64,000 nucleotides of DNA from an uncultured Gemmatimonadales bacterium (GCA_963723565.1 CAVRRH010000007.1:92329-156328); one strand, 5' to 3'. Positions 28,372 through 37,758 are shown, counted from the stretch's first letter. Made by a program: numbers and translations. The notes: generated from the sequence alone by a model not told the origin.

Positions 28372-28752
28372 TTACTTCTTCGTCACTTTCTTCTTGCCGG
28401 CGATGGCACGCCGTGGACCCTTCTTGGTCCGGGCGTTGGTGTGGGTCCGCTGGCCGCGAACTGGCAGACCTCTGCGATGCCGAATGCCGCGATAGCTCCC
28501 GATATCCATCAGGCGCTTGATGTTCATGGCGACTTCGGTGCGGAGGGCACCCTCGACTTTGACCGAGCGCTCGATCATCTGGCGGAGTCGGGCGACCTCG
28601 GAGTCCGAGAGGTCACGAACCCGCGTATCGGGGCTCACCCCGGTCTCGCCGAGGATACGGCTGCTGGTGGGCCGGCCGATGCCGAAGATGTAGGTGAGCG
28701 CGATCTCCACCCGCTTCTCGCGTGGAAGGTCCACGCCCGCGATGCGTGCCAT
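28372..28752 (-). CDS. rpsM: 30S ribosomal protein S13
   Basis: [26 protein letters not shown]... starts at an internal ATG of ORF 28372..28842. Confidence 0.94.
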   Translation of the reverse strand: MARIAGVDLPREKRVEIALTYIFGIGRPTSSRILGETGVSPDTRVRDLSDSEVARLRQMIERSVKVEGALRTEVAMNIKRLMDIGSYRGIRHRRGLPVRGQRTHTNARTKKGPRRAIAGKKKVTKK

Positions 28753-28754
28753 GA

Positions 28755-28871
28755 TCAGCCTTGCCGCTGTTTGTGCTTGGGATTGCGCTTGCAGATGATG
28801 CGGACGACGCCTTGTCTCTTGATGACTTTGCAGTGCTCGCAAATCGGCTTCACGCTGGAACGAACCTTCAC
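28755..28871 (-). CDS. rpmJ: 50S ribosomal protein L36
   Basis: A GTG start at 28871 follows GGAGAG. (V)[37 protein letters not shown], 38 aa. This is only the tail of ORF 28755..29531. Confidence 0.9.
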   Translation of the reverse strand: MKVRSSVKPICEHCKVIKRQGVVRIICKRNPKHKQRQG

Positions 28872-28908
28872 ACGTCTCTCCTGGGCCGGGTTTCTGGAGT
28901 AGCTACCC

Positions 28909-28937
28909 AATATAGAGACGCCTGAGAGGAGACGCAA
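28909..28937 (-). promoter_or_regulatory. Sigma-70-like promoter for the rpmJ-rpsM-rpsK-rpsD-rpoA-rplQ operon
   Basis: Minus-sense TTGCGT, a 17-nt spacer, then TATATT, about 38 nt upstream of the rpmJ GTG. Confidence 0.5.
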
Positions 28938-28978
28938 GTGAAAGCCTGGTCCGGTGATGGGTGACCCACCACCCCGCC

Positions 28979-29401
28979 CTAACCGACCACTCGGAACTCC
29001 ACCAGCCTCCAGCCGCCGGGGTCCAGCCGATACCCCAGAAGAAGTATCTGGCTTCGCACAGCCTGGGTTCCTGTCACGCGATAGCTGCGCTGCAGCTCCA
29101 CGTACCCCCGCCCCGGTTCCACCTCTCGTGCGGCCTGCACCTGGATCTCGACCTCTTCTGTCGGCGCGAGAAAATCGGCCAGAAGCGCGACCGCTTGCGC
29201 CGGTCCCAGGGCCACCGAGGGATCGGCGCCGGGAAGCTGCAGCAAGAGTCTCGGGCTGGCGGCTATCAGCGCCGCCGGGTCGTGGGCGAGCCAGGCCCCG
29301 CGCGCGCGTTCCGCGGCCTGATCCAAGCCGCTCTTCTGCGCTCGCCCGGTGGTGGGCAGTAGCGCCAGCGCCAGCGACAGAGCCATCAGGAACCGATACA
29401 C
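28979..29401 (-). CDS. Secreted hypothetical protein (DUF4783-like by memory, unverified)
   Basis: 140 aa ORF with signal peptide [22 protein letters not shown]. No catalytic motif recognised. Confidence 0.5.
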   Translation of the reverse strand: MYRFLMALSLALALLPTTGRAQKSGLDQAAERARGAWLAHDPAALIAASPRLLLQLPGADPSVALGPAQAVALLADFLAPTEEVEIQVQAAREVEPGRGYVELQRSYRVTGTQAVRSQILLLGYRLDPGGWRLVEFRVVG

Positions 29402-30078
29402 CGAGCCTCTTCCATGAAACTGGCCAACGCCGCGGCCGGATCGGAGGCCTGCAGCACGGGACGGCCGACCACGAGATGGGTTGCCCCGTTGACCACGGCA
29501 TCCTTGGCGGTAGCCACCCGGACCTGGTCACCAGGCGCGTCGATCCGCCGCCGGATCCCTGGCACGATGATGCGGAGCTCCGGTCCCAGGCGCAGCCGCA
29601 GGAGAGACACTTCGTGGGGGGAGCAGACCACGCCCTGAAGCCCGGCTTCGGCTGCCAGTAGCGCCAGCCGTTCTACATCACCGGGGAGGTCCACCTCGCT
29701 CCGGCCCAACGCCCTCGCGTAGCCCGCTGGCTCGTGCGAGGTCAGCACGGTCACCCCCGCCAGCGAGAGCTCGCCGCCGGCCGCCACCACGGCCGCCTCC
29801 AGCATCGCCCGTCCGCCCAGCGTATGCACCGTCGCCATCGCGACCCCCATCTCACGCGCGGCGGTCACGGCACCCGCAACGGTGTTGGGGATGTCGTGCC
29901 ACTTGAGATCGAGGAACACTTTCAAGCCTCGAGCAGTCAGCTCCCGCACAAAGTCGGGTCCTTCCCGGGTCATCAGGATAGAGCCCACCTTGACCCATTG
30001 GAGCGCCGGCAGCCGGTCGAGCAAGCGTAGGGCGTCGGCACCACGCGGCGTATCCAGGGCCAGGACCAATTCAGCCAC
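29386..30078 (-). CDS. pyrF: Orotidine-5'-phosphate decarboxylase
   Basis: LVLALDTP...VKVG...[12 protein letters not shown]. The GTG at 30078 overlaps the pyrD stop (GTGGCTGA). The ORF-track start at 30165 is probably too far upstream. Confidence 0.9.
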   Translation of the reverse strand: MAELVLALDTPRGADALRLLDRLPALQWVKVGSILMTREGPDFVRELTARGLKVFLDLKWHDIPNTVAGAVTAAREMGVAMATVHTLGGRAMLEAAVVAAGGELSLAGVTVLTSHEPAGYARALGRSEVDLPGDVERLALLAAEAGLQGVVCSPHEVSLLRLRLGPELRIIVPGIRRRIDAPGDQVRVATAKDAVVNGATHLVVGRPVLQASDPAAALASFMEEARCIGS

Positions 30079-30946
30079 TGCCCCGCTCCAGGTCTGCGAT
30101 GATCCGCTGGGGCAGCCGGGGATCGGCCAGCGCACCAGTGCCAATAGCCACGAGGGCCGCGCCAACCTTCAGATACTGGCGCACGTCGTCGGCCGACCGA
30201 ACGCCACCCACCCCGATGACCGGCGTCGCACCGATACGTTCGACAATACGAGCAACCGCCAGCACACCCACCGGAAGGAGCCCTGGCCCGCTCACCCCGC
30301 CGTTGCCGTTACCGAGACGGGCGCTGTGGTTTCCGCCAAAGAGGAGTCCGGGCATAGTGTTCACGGCGCTGATCGCATCGGCTCCGGCATCGCGCGCGGT
30401 CTGAGCCATTCCCGCGATGTCCGGCAGCACCGGTGACAGCTTCGCGATCAGCGGCAGCCGGGTACGCTTTCGGCACAGTGACACGATGCGATGGACACAC
30501 GCCGGGTCGGCGCCGAACTCGATTCCGCCGGCCCCGGTGTTGGGACAGGAAAGGTTGAGCTCGAAGGCGGTGATCGCGGGACTGCCATCGAGCTCGGCAA
30601 CGACATCGCCGTACTCTTCGACCGTGAACCCAACGACATTCACCAGCACGCGGGCCCGAGTCAGCCGCGAGGCTATCCACGGGAGATACTCTTCCCGTAC
30701 CCGCACGGCTCCAGGATTGGCAAGTCCCACGGAGTTGATCATGCCTCCCGGAAACTCGGCCACCCGCGGGGCAGCGTTGCCATCGCGGGGCTCCCGGGAC
30801 ACCGCCTTCGTGACCAGTCCGCCGAGACGCTCGAGGTCGAGAACTCCGTCCAACTCTTTTCCGAAACCGGCCGTGCCGGCAGCTAGAAGGAGGGGATTTT
30901 GAAATCGCTGGCCGAACAGCTCACGGGAGAGGTCCTGGGGGCGCAC
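30071..30946 (-). CDS. pyrD: Dihydroorotate dehydrogenase (class 1-like)
   Basis: Intact 291 aa ORF: FQNPLLLAAGTAGFG, LSCPNTGAGGIEFG, VIGVGGV. Confidence 0.9.
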   Translation of the reverse strand: MRPQDLSRELFGQRFQNPLLLAAGTAGFGKELDGVLDLERLGGLVTKAVSREPRDGNAAPRVAEFPGGMINSVGLANPGAVRVREEYLPWIASRLTRARVLVNVVGFTVEEYGDVVAELDGSPAITAFELNLSCPNTGAGGIEFGADPACVHRIVSLCRKRTRLPLIAKLSPVLPDIAGMAQTARDAGADAISAVNTMPGLLFGGNHSARLGNGNGGVSGPGLLPVGVLAVARIVERIGATPVIGVGGVRSADDVRQYLKVGAALVAIGTGALADPRLPQRIIADLERGSG

Positions 30947-32421
30947 TAGGGTTCGAGAACCCGGCTGGTCGGTGCCGGCTGCGGCCGCGGGCGCGAGGGT
31001 CTGTCGTCGTCCCCCGCCGTAACCGGCGCCGGGCGGCCTGGCGTGCCGGGGGCGATTCCTGGTGCGCGCCCCGCACCCCGGGCCTGCGCGCTGGCGAAGG
31101 CGCCGAGCGAGTCCTCGAGCTGCCGGTACGCCGAACCTTCGTCGCCCCGAATCATGGTCAGGTATGGGCTTTCGAAGTAGCGCGCCTCCAGCAGAGCTCT
31201 GGCCGAGTCAGCCCATTCCGGGTTCACCTGCTGAGCCGCGAGCGCCGCCTTGGGAGCATAGGGGGACTCCGGCCATTCACGCAGAATTCGTTGGAAGAGT
31301 CCCTCTGCCAAGCGAGGTGCCTGGAGAGAGTCACGGGCGGCCTCCGCCGCAAGAAAGAGCCGGAGATCTCCCTGCGGAGATCCCGGCATCACCGACGCCG
31401 TAGCCGTGAGAATACCGGCAGCCGTGCTGCTGAGCTGAGTCAGTTCGGCCGAGACGATTTCGTGGCGCTCAGCGCTGCGGCGCAGAGACTGGATCAGGGG
31501 AGAGAGCGCCCGCGGGTGGCTCACTACACGAAGATCCAGCCGGACCAGCTGCAGGCTCGCCCGGCCGGCCGACGCTCCGGGGCCTCCGATCTCGACCGCC
31601 TCCCGAAAGCGGCTCCGAGCCCGCGCGGTATCCGACCCGATCAACCTGAGGCCATCCTCGAGCAGCCAACGGGCCTGGGTTTCGGTCGAGCGGTTCGGCA
31701 GCCGGCGCACGCGATCGACCAGACTCGACGCGCTGGATGGATCCTGCTGTCCGAGACTTACGAGGAGGGAGTCCCAGGGCTGGGTCGTGTCGCCTCGAGC
31801 CACCAGCGAGTCTGCCAGGGCCATCGCTTCGGGCACCCGTCCGTCCCCGGCCAGGGAAAGAAGACGCTCAGGGGTGGCGCGACGCTCCGGAACTCCTTCC
31901 AGCATGCGCAGCGCTTCCTGATACCGCCCTGCGTGGCGCAGCGTTTGGGCTCGGTAAAACCGCGCTTCGCGCCGCCGCCAGGAATTCTTGCTCTCGACCA
32001 CCTGGGCAAAGGCCGCATCGCCTGCCGCGATGTTGCCCATGGATACCTGGCACCGGCCAGTCGCCAGCCAGGCATCCTCAGTGAGATCCGTACCGACCGC
32101 GGCCACCGTGACGCGGCCGAGGGGGCCAAGCGCCTGCTCGCACTGGCCCAGGCGCGCCAGCGCCAGGCCCTTCAGGATTGTGGCCTCTTCGGCGTACTTG
32201 CTCTTCGGATGGCGCACGACGACCGATTCGGCCTTGGTGGCGACCTGACCCCACAGATTGTTGGCCTCGAAGGTGCGCCCTTCGCGCTCCGCCTTCCGGG
32301 CCGAGTTGGCCAGGCGGTTCGCATTGTACATTCCGTTGTAGTACACGCACGCTCCCAGCAGGCTCGCGACGAGTCCTGCGTGGAGCACCGCCATCGGCAG
32401 AGTCCGGCGCCCACCTCTCAT
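30946..32421 (-). CDS. Hypothetical TPR-like lipoprotein
   Basis: 491 aa ORF with lipobox LVASLLGAC, repeated helical TPR-like segments and a Pro/Arg-rich C-terminal tail. Confidence 0.55.
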   Translation of the reverse strand: MRGGRRTLPMAVLHAGLVASLLGACVYYNGMYNANRLANSARKAEREGRTFEANNLWGQVATKAESVVVRHPKSKYAEEATILKGLALARLGQCEQALGPLGRVTVAAVGTDLTEDAWLATGRCQVSMGNIAAGDAAFAQVVESKNSWRRREARFYRAQTLRHAGRYQEALRMLEGVPERRATPERLLSLAGDGRVPEAMALADSLVARGDTTQPWDSLLVSLGQQDPSSASSLVDRVRRLPNRSTETQARWLLEDGLRLIGSDTARARSRFREAVEIGGPGASAGRASLQLVRLDLRVVSHPRALSPLIQSLRRSAERHEIVSAELTQLSSTAAGILTATASVMPGSPQGDLRLFLAAEAARDSLQAPRLAEGLFQRILREWPESPYAPKAALAAQQVNPEWADSARALLEARYFESPYLTMIRGDEGSAYRQLEDSLGAFASAQARGAGRAPGIAPGTPGRPAPVTAGDDDRPSRPRPQPAPTSRVLEP

Positions 32422-33629
32422 TGCCGCACCCCCGAATCCCGGACTTGGCTCGTCTTGCGCTCGTACTCGAGCAGGTAGGCAACGATGGCGTCGGCCAGGG
32501 CCGCAGCCATTGCCTTCTGACTCGACCTGGTGGTCAGGAACTGGCCATCCTGGGGGTTCGTGCTGTACCCGAGCTCGACCAGGATCGCGGGCCGGCGAGC
32601 GGTGGTGAGCACCATGAAGCCGGCCTGCTTGACACCCCGGCTCTCGCCGGTGTGAACGCTCTTGAGGGTGCTCTGCACCAGCTCGGCGGCGCGGGCGGAC
32701 TCGCGCAGATGCTCGTTCAGCTGCAGGTCTTTGAGGATGAAGTCGATCCCCACTCCCCGGTCGGCGGGAGCCGGGCCACCTTCGAAGCGGACCGCTTCGT
32801 TCTCCATCTGGGCTACACGAGCGGCATCCTCGGTCTTCGCTTCGGCGAGGAAGTAGGTCTCGAAGCCACGGATGTCGGTGTATCCCCGCCGCCGGGCGAG
32901 CGAATTTACATGAATGCTGACGAAGAGGTCGCAGGCCTCGGTGCAGAACGACCCGCGATCGCCGAGGGCGATCAGGGTATCGGAGGTCCGGGTCATCTGG
33001 ACACCGACACCTTGCCGCTTCAGCTCGTCACGCAGGAGCAGGCCAACCGCGAGGGTGACGTCCTTCTCTCGCGTACCCCGAGGAAAGAAGACACCGGGGT
33101 TTCCTGGATCCACGCCACCGTGGCCCGGATCGATAGTGATCGTATGCCCTGGACGCAGCCCGTTCGGCAGCCGGCTGATTTCCCTGACCGGTGCTGGAAC
33201 CCGAGCGACTGGAGCACGGACCGAGGCACCAGAGTCGATCAGGCGGGCCCGGCGCCGATCGTACCGGTAGCGATCGCCAAGATAGGAGGGCAGGATCTCG
33301 GCGACAAACTGAAACGGCAGGAAGAGCGTGTCCTGCGAGACGGAGACAGCTGAAGCGAGCGGCTGGAGCTGGTTGTTGAAGAGGTAAAGGGGCGCACCCA
33401 CCAGGAACCGGAACGACTGAGCTCCTAAGGTGACTTCGGCCCAGCCATCAGTGACCAGGACCGAGCCGGCCAGCGCAGACATGAGGCCGGGTGCGGCAAT
33501 CACGGGCGCCCCGGTGGCATCGGTTCGAACCGGGATCCGCGCCTCGCCATTCACCCCGGTGACCGTCACGACTGCTGGAGCGGACCCGTAGACGGCGAAT
33601 GCCGCCAGGACTGCGAGAGCTCGTATCAC
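32418..33629 (-). CDS. N-acetylmuramoyl-L-alanine amidase (Amidase_3, AmiC-like)
   Basis: Signal peptide. IDPGHGGVDPG, REKDVTL, SIHVNS, GFETYF, VLVELGYSTNPQD. Confidence 0.88.
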   Translation of the reverse strand: MIRALAVLAAFAVYGSAPAVVTVTGVNGEARIPVRTDATGAPVIAAPGLMSALAGSVLVTDGWAEVTLGAQSFRFLVGAPLYLFNNQLQPLASAVSVSQDTLFLPFQFVAEILPSYLGDRYRYDRRRARLIDSGASVRAPVARVPAPVREISRLPNGLRPGHTITIDPGHGGVDPGNPGVFFPRGTREKDVTLAVGLLLRDELKRQGVGVQMTRTSDTLIALGDRGSFCTEACDLFVSIHVNSLARRRGYTDIRGFETYFLAEAKTEDAARVAQMENEAVRFEGGPAPADRGVGIDFILKDLQLNEHLRESARAAELVQSTLKSVHTGESRGVKQAGFMVLTTARRPAILVELGYSTNPQDGQFLTTRSSQKAMAAALADAIVAYLLEYERKTSQVRDSGVRQ

Positions 33630-34144
33630 CGTCGCCCTCGAATGGATACCGCCCGCGCCACTTCCCGTTCCATGACTTTGCGCTTGATGGTTTCGCGCTT
33701 GTCATGCTGCTTCTTCCCCTTGCCCAGCGCCAGGGCGACTTTCGCCCGACCCTTCTTGAAGTAGAGCTCCAGCGGAACCAGGGTGAGACCACGCTGCTCG
33801 ACCGCACCGATCATCTTCTCAATTTCTCGGCGATGAAGCAGGAGTTTCCGGGCGCGCACCGGATCGTGGTTGTAGCGGTTACCCTGCTCGTATGGCGTGA
33901 TGTTCATTCCTTCGAGAAAGACTTCCCCGTTCTTCACCCTGGCGTAAGCCTCCTTGATGGATGCCTTACCATTTCGCAGGGACTTGACCTCGGTCCCGGT
34001 CAGCACGATACCCGTCTCCCAGGTCTCGAGGATATGGTAATCGTGCGTCGCCTTGGGGTTGCGGGCGACCGACTGCTTCCGCTCGGCTGAAGGGGTGCTC
34101 TCGCGGTTCACTCGGGATTTCCTAAGCAAAGGATAGGCCACCAC
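33626..34144 (-). CDS. smpB: SsrA-binding protein
   Basis: VARNPKATHDYHILETWETGIVLTGTEVKSLR...LLLHRREI...VPLELYFKKGRAKV. The true start may be internal. Confidence 0.92.
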   Translation of the reverse strand: MVAYPLLRKSRVNRESTPSAERKQSVARNPKATHDYHILETWETGIVLTGTEVKSLRNGKASIKEAYARVKNGEVFLEGMNITPYEQGNRYNHDPVRARKLLLHRREIEKMIGAVEQRGLTLVPLELYFKKGRAKVALALGKGKKQHDKRETIKRKVMEREVARAVSIRGRR

Positions 34145-34207
34145 TTCGGGTGGGTCAACGGTTTGGGTTGACCCGGATCATCCGCGCCACTACATTTTGC
34201 GCCCTTC

Positions 34208-34291
34208 GCCGAAGTGGTGGAACTGGTAGACGCGCTGCGTTCAGGGCGCAGTGGGCGCAAGCCCGTGCGGGTTCGAGTCCCGCCTTCGGCA
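34208..34291 (+). tRNA. tRNA-Leu (anticodon CAG), type II with long variable arm; CCA not encoded
   Basis: Hand-folded: acceptor GCCGAAG/CTTCGGC, D arm GTG..CGC, anticodon stem CTGCG/CGCAG, loop TTCAGGG, variable arm TGGGCGCAAGCCCGT, T arm GCGGG-TTCGAGT-CCCGC, discriminator A. Confidence 0.92.
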
Positions 34292-34405
34292 TGACGGAGG
34301 GCGGAACGCGAGCTCCGAACACTGAGACGACCCTGCGGTGTCTGACGAGATCGGAGGGTCATACATCAGGCCTACCGCCCTTCCGCCGTACCGCCTCTAC
34401 CGCCC
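34292..34405. repeat. Tandem-unit inverted-repeat element I: four octamers (N)TACCGCC/CTTCCGCC at 34372..34404 facing GGAGGGCGG at 34296..34304
   Basis: Read directly: ctaccgcc cttccgcc gtaccgcc tctaccgcc. It fills the gap between the tRNA-Leu 3' end and the moeZ stop. Confidence 0.6.
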
Positions 34406-35567
34406 TCAATACCGTGGCAACCCCGGCTCCACCCGCTCGGCCCACGCGTCGATGCCGCCGGCCAGACTGCGGACCTTTCCGAACCCCGCTCCCTTGAGGA
34501 TCTCCAGCGCCTTCATCGACCGCGCGCCATGGTGGCAGTGGGTGACGATCTCGGCGTGCCCGTCGAGCTCCGAGAGACGCTCGGGCAGCTGACCCAGCGG
34601 GATCAGCCGGGCTCCCTCTATGTGCGACGATGTCCCATTCGTGAGGCTCGCGGACATCGATGAGGACAAGGTCCCCGCTCTTTTCGCTCATTTCCCGCCG
34701 CAGCTCCTCGGCAGTGATCTCAGGGCCGGCGTATGCCGGCTCCGCGCCGATGCCGCAAAAGGCTTCGTAGTCGATCAGCTCATGGATCGATGGGTTGGTC
34801 CCGCACATGGGACACGCCGGGTCCTTGCGGAGTTCCAGCTCCCGGAAGCGAAGCTTCAGGGCGTCGAACAGCAGCAGCCGTCCCAGCAGCGAGCTTCCTG
34901 CACCGATGATCCACTTGATGGTTTCCAGCGCCTGAATGCTGCCGATGATCCCGGGCAGCACACCGAGCACTCCGCCTTCGGCGCAACTGGGAACCAGGCC
35001 CGGAGGCGGGGGCTCGGAGTACAGGCAGCGATAGCATGGGCCCTTCCGGCGTAGAAGAGCGAGGCCTGGCCTTCGAAGCGGAAGATGCTGCCGTAGACAT
35101 TGGGTTTGCCCAGCAGCACGCAGGCGTCGTTTACCAGATATCGGGTGGGAAAGTTGTCGGTCCCATCCACGACGATGTCGTATTCCCGCGAGGATCTCCA
35201 GGGCGTTCTGGGACGTAAGCCGGGTCTCGTGCCGCTCGATCCGGACGTTGGGGTTAAGATCGGTCAGGCGCTCCTCGGCGGAGTCCAGCTTGGACCGGCC
35301 CAGCGTGGAGGTGCCGTGCACGATCTGCCGCTGAAGATTGGTCAGGTCGACCACATCGAAGTCCACGATGCCGATCGTACCCACCCCGGCGGCGGCGAGA
35401 TAGAGGGACAGGGGAGAACCGAGCCCGCCGGCGCCGACCGTCAGCACCCGTGCTGCCTTGAGCTTCCGCTGTCCGGAGACGCCCACCTCGGGCAGGAGGA
35501 GGTGCCTGGAGTACCGCAGCATCTCGGCATGGGAGAGCGGTGCTTTCGCTTCGGCCGTGGCCGGCGA
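34406..35567 (-). CDS. moeZ: E1-like adenylyltransferase/sulfurtransferase MoeZ (ThiF/MoeB domain plus C-terminal rhodanese); 3 frame breaks; no separate start, fused in frame to the cysO-like domain
   Basis: [87 protein letters not shown] (ORF 34856..35170), [22 protein letters not shown]. The rhodanese part THCHHGARS is in ORF 34406..34669. Confidence 0.85.
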
Positions 35568-35846
35568 CCCGCCCGCTATGCTGGGAACAATGGTCAGCAC
35601 GTCGCCGGACCGGACCGGCGTGGCGGTCGAGGCCAGATGCCGGATGTCGGTCTCGTTCAGATAGAGACTCACGAAGTTGCGCAGCCGGCCGTCGTCCTGG
35701 AGCAGGTGCCGCTTGAGACCGGTGTGAGCGGCCAGCAATCCGTCGAGCACTTGGCCGACGGTGTCGCCGGCAAGCTCAATGGTGTCATGGCCGCCCGTGA
35801 AGGCGCGCAGCGGAGTGGGAATGGAAACCGTTACGGACATGTTCAT
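35568..35846 (-). CDS. cysO: ThiS/MoaD-like sulfur-carrier (CysO-like) beta-grasp domain, 93 codons ending ...IVPSIAGG; no stop after GG as assembled
   Basis: MNMSVTVSIPTPLRAFTGGHDTIELAGDTVGQVLDGLLAAH...NETDIRHL...VRSGDVLTIVPSIAGG. The ATG at 35846 forms an ATGA overlap with the inferred JAMM stop. Confidence 0.75.
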
Positions 35847-36269
35847 ACCTCGCTCAGAACGTCGACGGACTCGGGACTGCATCGTCGACCGGTCATCGTC
35901 CAGCACCCAGCTGGTCAGCTCGGCCGCTCGGCCGCGGTCCACCCCTACGATGATGTAGCTGTACCACGGCCACGCCTGGTCCGTGTCGAAGGCGGAAGGC
36001 GCGGCGGGATGATCAGGATGCGAGTGATAACAGCCCAGCACCTCATGACCGGATGCGGCGAAGCTCGGCCTCGATGCGCCGCAGGTCGTCCGGCGAGATC
36101 AGATACCGGTGAGGGTCGTCGGTACGCCGGTTCGTTACCGGAACCAGTCTCAGCACCTCCTTCACCTCGCCAGGACGCCCGGCAAGCACGCCCGCAGCAT
36201 TCGGCCGGGTAGGCCCGCTCTGCCCTCGCGACGAATCTCCTCGACCAGGCTTACGCTCAGGCGCAACAT
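35843..36269 (-). CDS. mec: JAMM/MPN+ metalloprotease (Mec-like, CysO hydrolase); at least 4 frame breaks
   Basis: MLRLSVSLVEEIRREG, YPAECCG, VLAGRPGEVKEVLRLVPVTNRRTDDPHRYLISPDDLRRIEAELRR, GHEVLGCYHSHPDHPAAPSAFD. Skipping the T at 36054 and the T at 35871 restores continuity and gives a stop at 35843..35845. Confidence 0.75.
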
Positions 36270-37197
36270 CACGGGCTCGCCCAGCGGTGCGGGTCGCTCA
36301 GGTACCGGCTACCGGTGTCGCAGCCAATCACGACCACACAAGGCTTCAGGGTTCTCACGCACGATGTTGAGTGCCGCCGCTACGGCGGCGCCGGCCGACC
36401 AGCCCACCAGATACCCAGTATCACGAGCCAGGCCGCGGGCCGTGCGGTCGGCAGTCTCGGTCGGGACCTCCACCACCTGATCGGGCAGTCGAGGGATCGT
36501 AGAGCCCGGGGAGGTGCGGGGTGGTTGCCAGATGTTTGAGGCCTTCGAGGCCGTGCAAGGGAGAGTCGGGCTGGACCCCTACCAGGCGAACACTGGGCTT
36601 CTTCTCCTTCAGGAACCCGCCGGTTCCCATCATGGTTCCGGTGGTTCCCATCGCGGCCACGAAGTGGGTAACCCGGCCTTCGGTCTGGGCCCAGATCTCG
36701 GGCCCGGTGGTCTCGCGGTGGGCGCGAGGGTTGGCCGGATTGCTATACTGGTCGGCATAGAAGTAGCGCTCGGGGAACTCCATGGCGAGCTCGCGGGCGC
36801 GCTCGGTGGCCCCGTCGGTGCCCTCCAGCCGATCGGTAAGAATCACCTCGGCCCCGTAGATCTCGAGCAGCGCGCGCCGCTCGGGACTCGCGTTGCCTGG
36901 GAGGCAGATCGTGACCTGAATGTCCGCCGCCGCGGCGAGCATGGCGTAGGCAATTCCGGTGTTCCCGCTCGAGGCATCGAGCAAACGCTTCCCCGGTAGC
37001 TCGCCCCGGCAGAGCGCATCGCGCAGGATGGCGCGCGCGGCCCGGTCCTTCACGCTGCCACCCGGATTGAGCCACTCGGCCTTGAGGTACAGTCGCCCGC
37101 TACCCGATCCGAGCTCCACCGGGAACAAGGGAGTATTCCCCACCGCGCGCCAAAGCTCAGGTTCCTGAAACGTTCCATGCCTCGGTGCCGCCGTCAT
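36269..37197 (-). CDS. cysM: Cysteine synthase B / O-phosphoserine sulfhydrylase family (CysM-like, PLP); one frame break near the 3' end
   Basis: NTPLFPV, YLKAEWLNPGGSVKDRAA, SSGNTGIAYA, MGTTGTMMG. The C-terminus ...DTGSRYLSDPHRWASP lies in another frame, with its stop overlapping the mec ATG (TGATG). Confidence 0.85.
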
Positions 37198-37264
37198 CCA
37201 GATGCCTCCAAAACAAAAAACCCGACCGGCCGGGTCGGGAAGGTGCTCGCCAGTGCGACGTGAG

Positions 37265-37723
37265 CTAACTCGCCGAAGATATCCCAACCAGCTCCTGTAC
37301 GTCGGACTCCTGCTTCATCAGGTCGGCGAGTGAAATGCCGGCCAGCAGCTGATCCACGCGCTGCTGGAGGGCGTGCCATACCGGCCGGATGCTGCAGGTG
37401 TTCCCCGGGCTACATCGATCTGCGTCCACCGGGTGAGTCTCGCAGTTGATCTCGAAGGTTTGATGTTCCGAGGCGGCCATGACGTCGCGGACGGATATGG
37501 CATCCGGCTCTTTGGCGAGATAGTAGCCCCCCTTGGCACCGCGCACGCTCTGGACCAGTCCCGCCCGGCGAAGGCGCAGGAGAATCTGCTCGACATAATC
37601 CGCCGGGAGGCGCTCGGTGTCGGCGAGCTCACGCGCCGCGACCGGGCCGCTGCCCTTCCGGCCACGCTTGGCGAGATGGATCGAGATTATCAGGCTGTAT
37701 TCAGTCCAGGTGGTGACCCGCAT
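37265..37723 (-). CDS. Rrf2-family transcriptional regulator (IscR/CymR-like)
   Basis: MRVTTWTEYSLIISIHLAK...AARELADTERLPADYVEQILLRLRRAGLVQSVRGAKGGYYLAK. It heads the cysM operon. Confidence 0.85.
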   Translation of the reverse strand: MRVTTWTEYSLIISIHLAKRGRKGSGPVAARELADTERLPADYVEQILLRLRRAGLVQSVRGAKGGYYLAKEPDAISVRDVMAASEHQTFEINCETHPVDADRCSPGNTCSIRPVWHALQQRVDQLLAGISLADLMKQESDVQELVGISSAS

Positions 37724-37729
37724 AGTGGG

Positions 37730-37758
37730 AATATGTGGCGGCGTTGGGTGGGAATCAA
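37730..37758 (-). promoter_or_regulatory. Sigma-70-like promoter giving a leaderless Rrf2 transcript
   Basis: Minus-sense TTGATT, a 17-nt spacer, CATATT, then 6 nt before the ATG at 37723. No SD is present. Confidence 0.45.

Noticed and set aside
28755-29531. 258-aa ORF upstream of and including rpmJ, and the N-terminal extensions of the rpsD, rpsM, pyrF and NamZ ORFs
   Set aside because: Only the distal parts carry ribosomal or enzyme motifs and have RBS-preceded internal starts. The extensions run through promoters, repeats or neighbouring genes.
34145-34358. tmRNA (ssrA) next to smpB
   Set aside because: The flanks of smpB contain only small hairpins (CCAC-TTCG-GGTGG; GGGTCAAC-ggtttg-GTTGACCC) and tRNA-Leu. 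The region is too short, with no tRNA-Ala-like acceptor/T-arm pair and no tag reading frame.
35843-36041. Apparent JAMM-CysO translational fusion within the 560-aa ORF 34359..36041
   Set aside because: Skipping one base near 35871 ends the JAMM protein at TGA 35843..35845, which overlaps the cysO ATG in a classic ATGA. The 3' tail of the ORF beyond 34406 is also out of frame relative to the rhodanese domain. Only the CysO-MoeZ junction remains unexplained and is reported as a finding.
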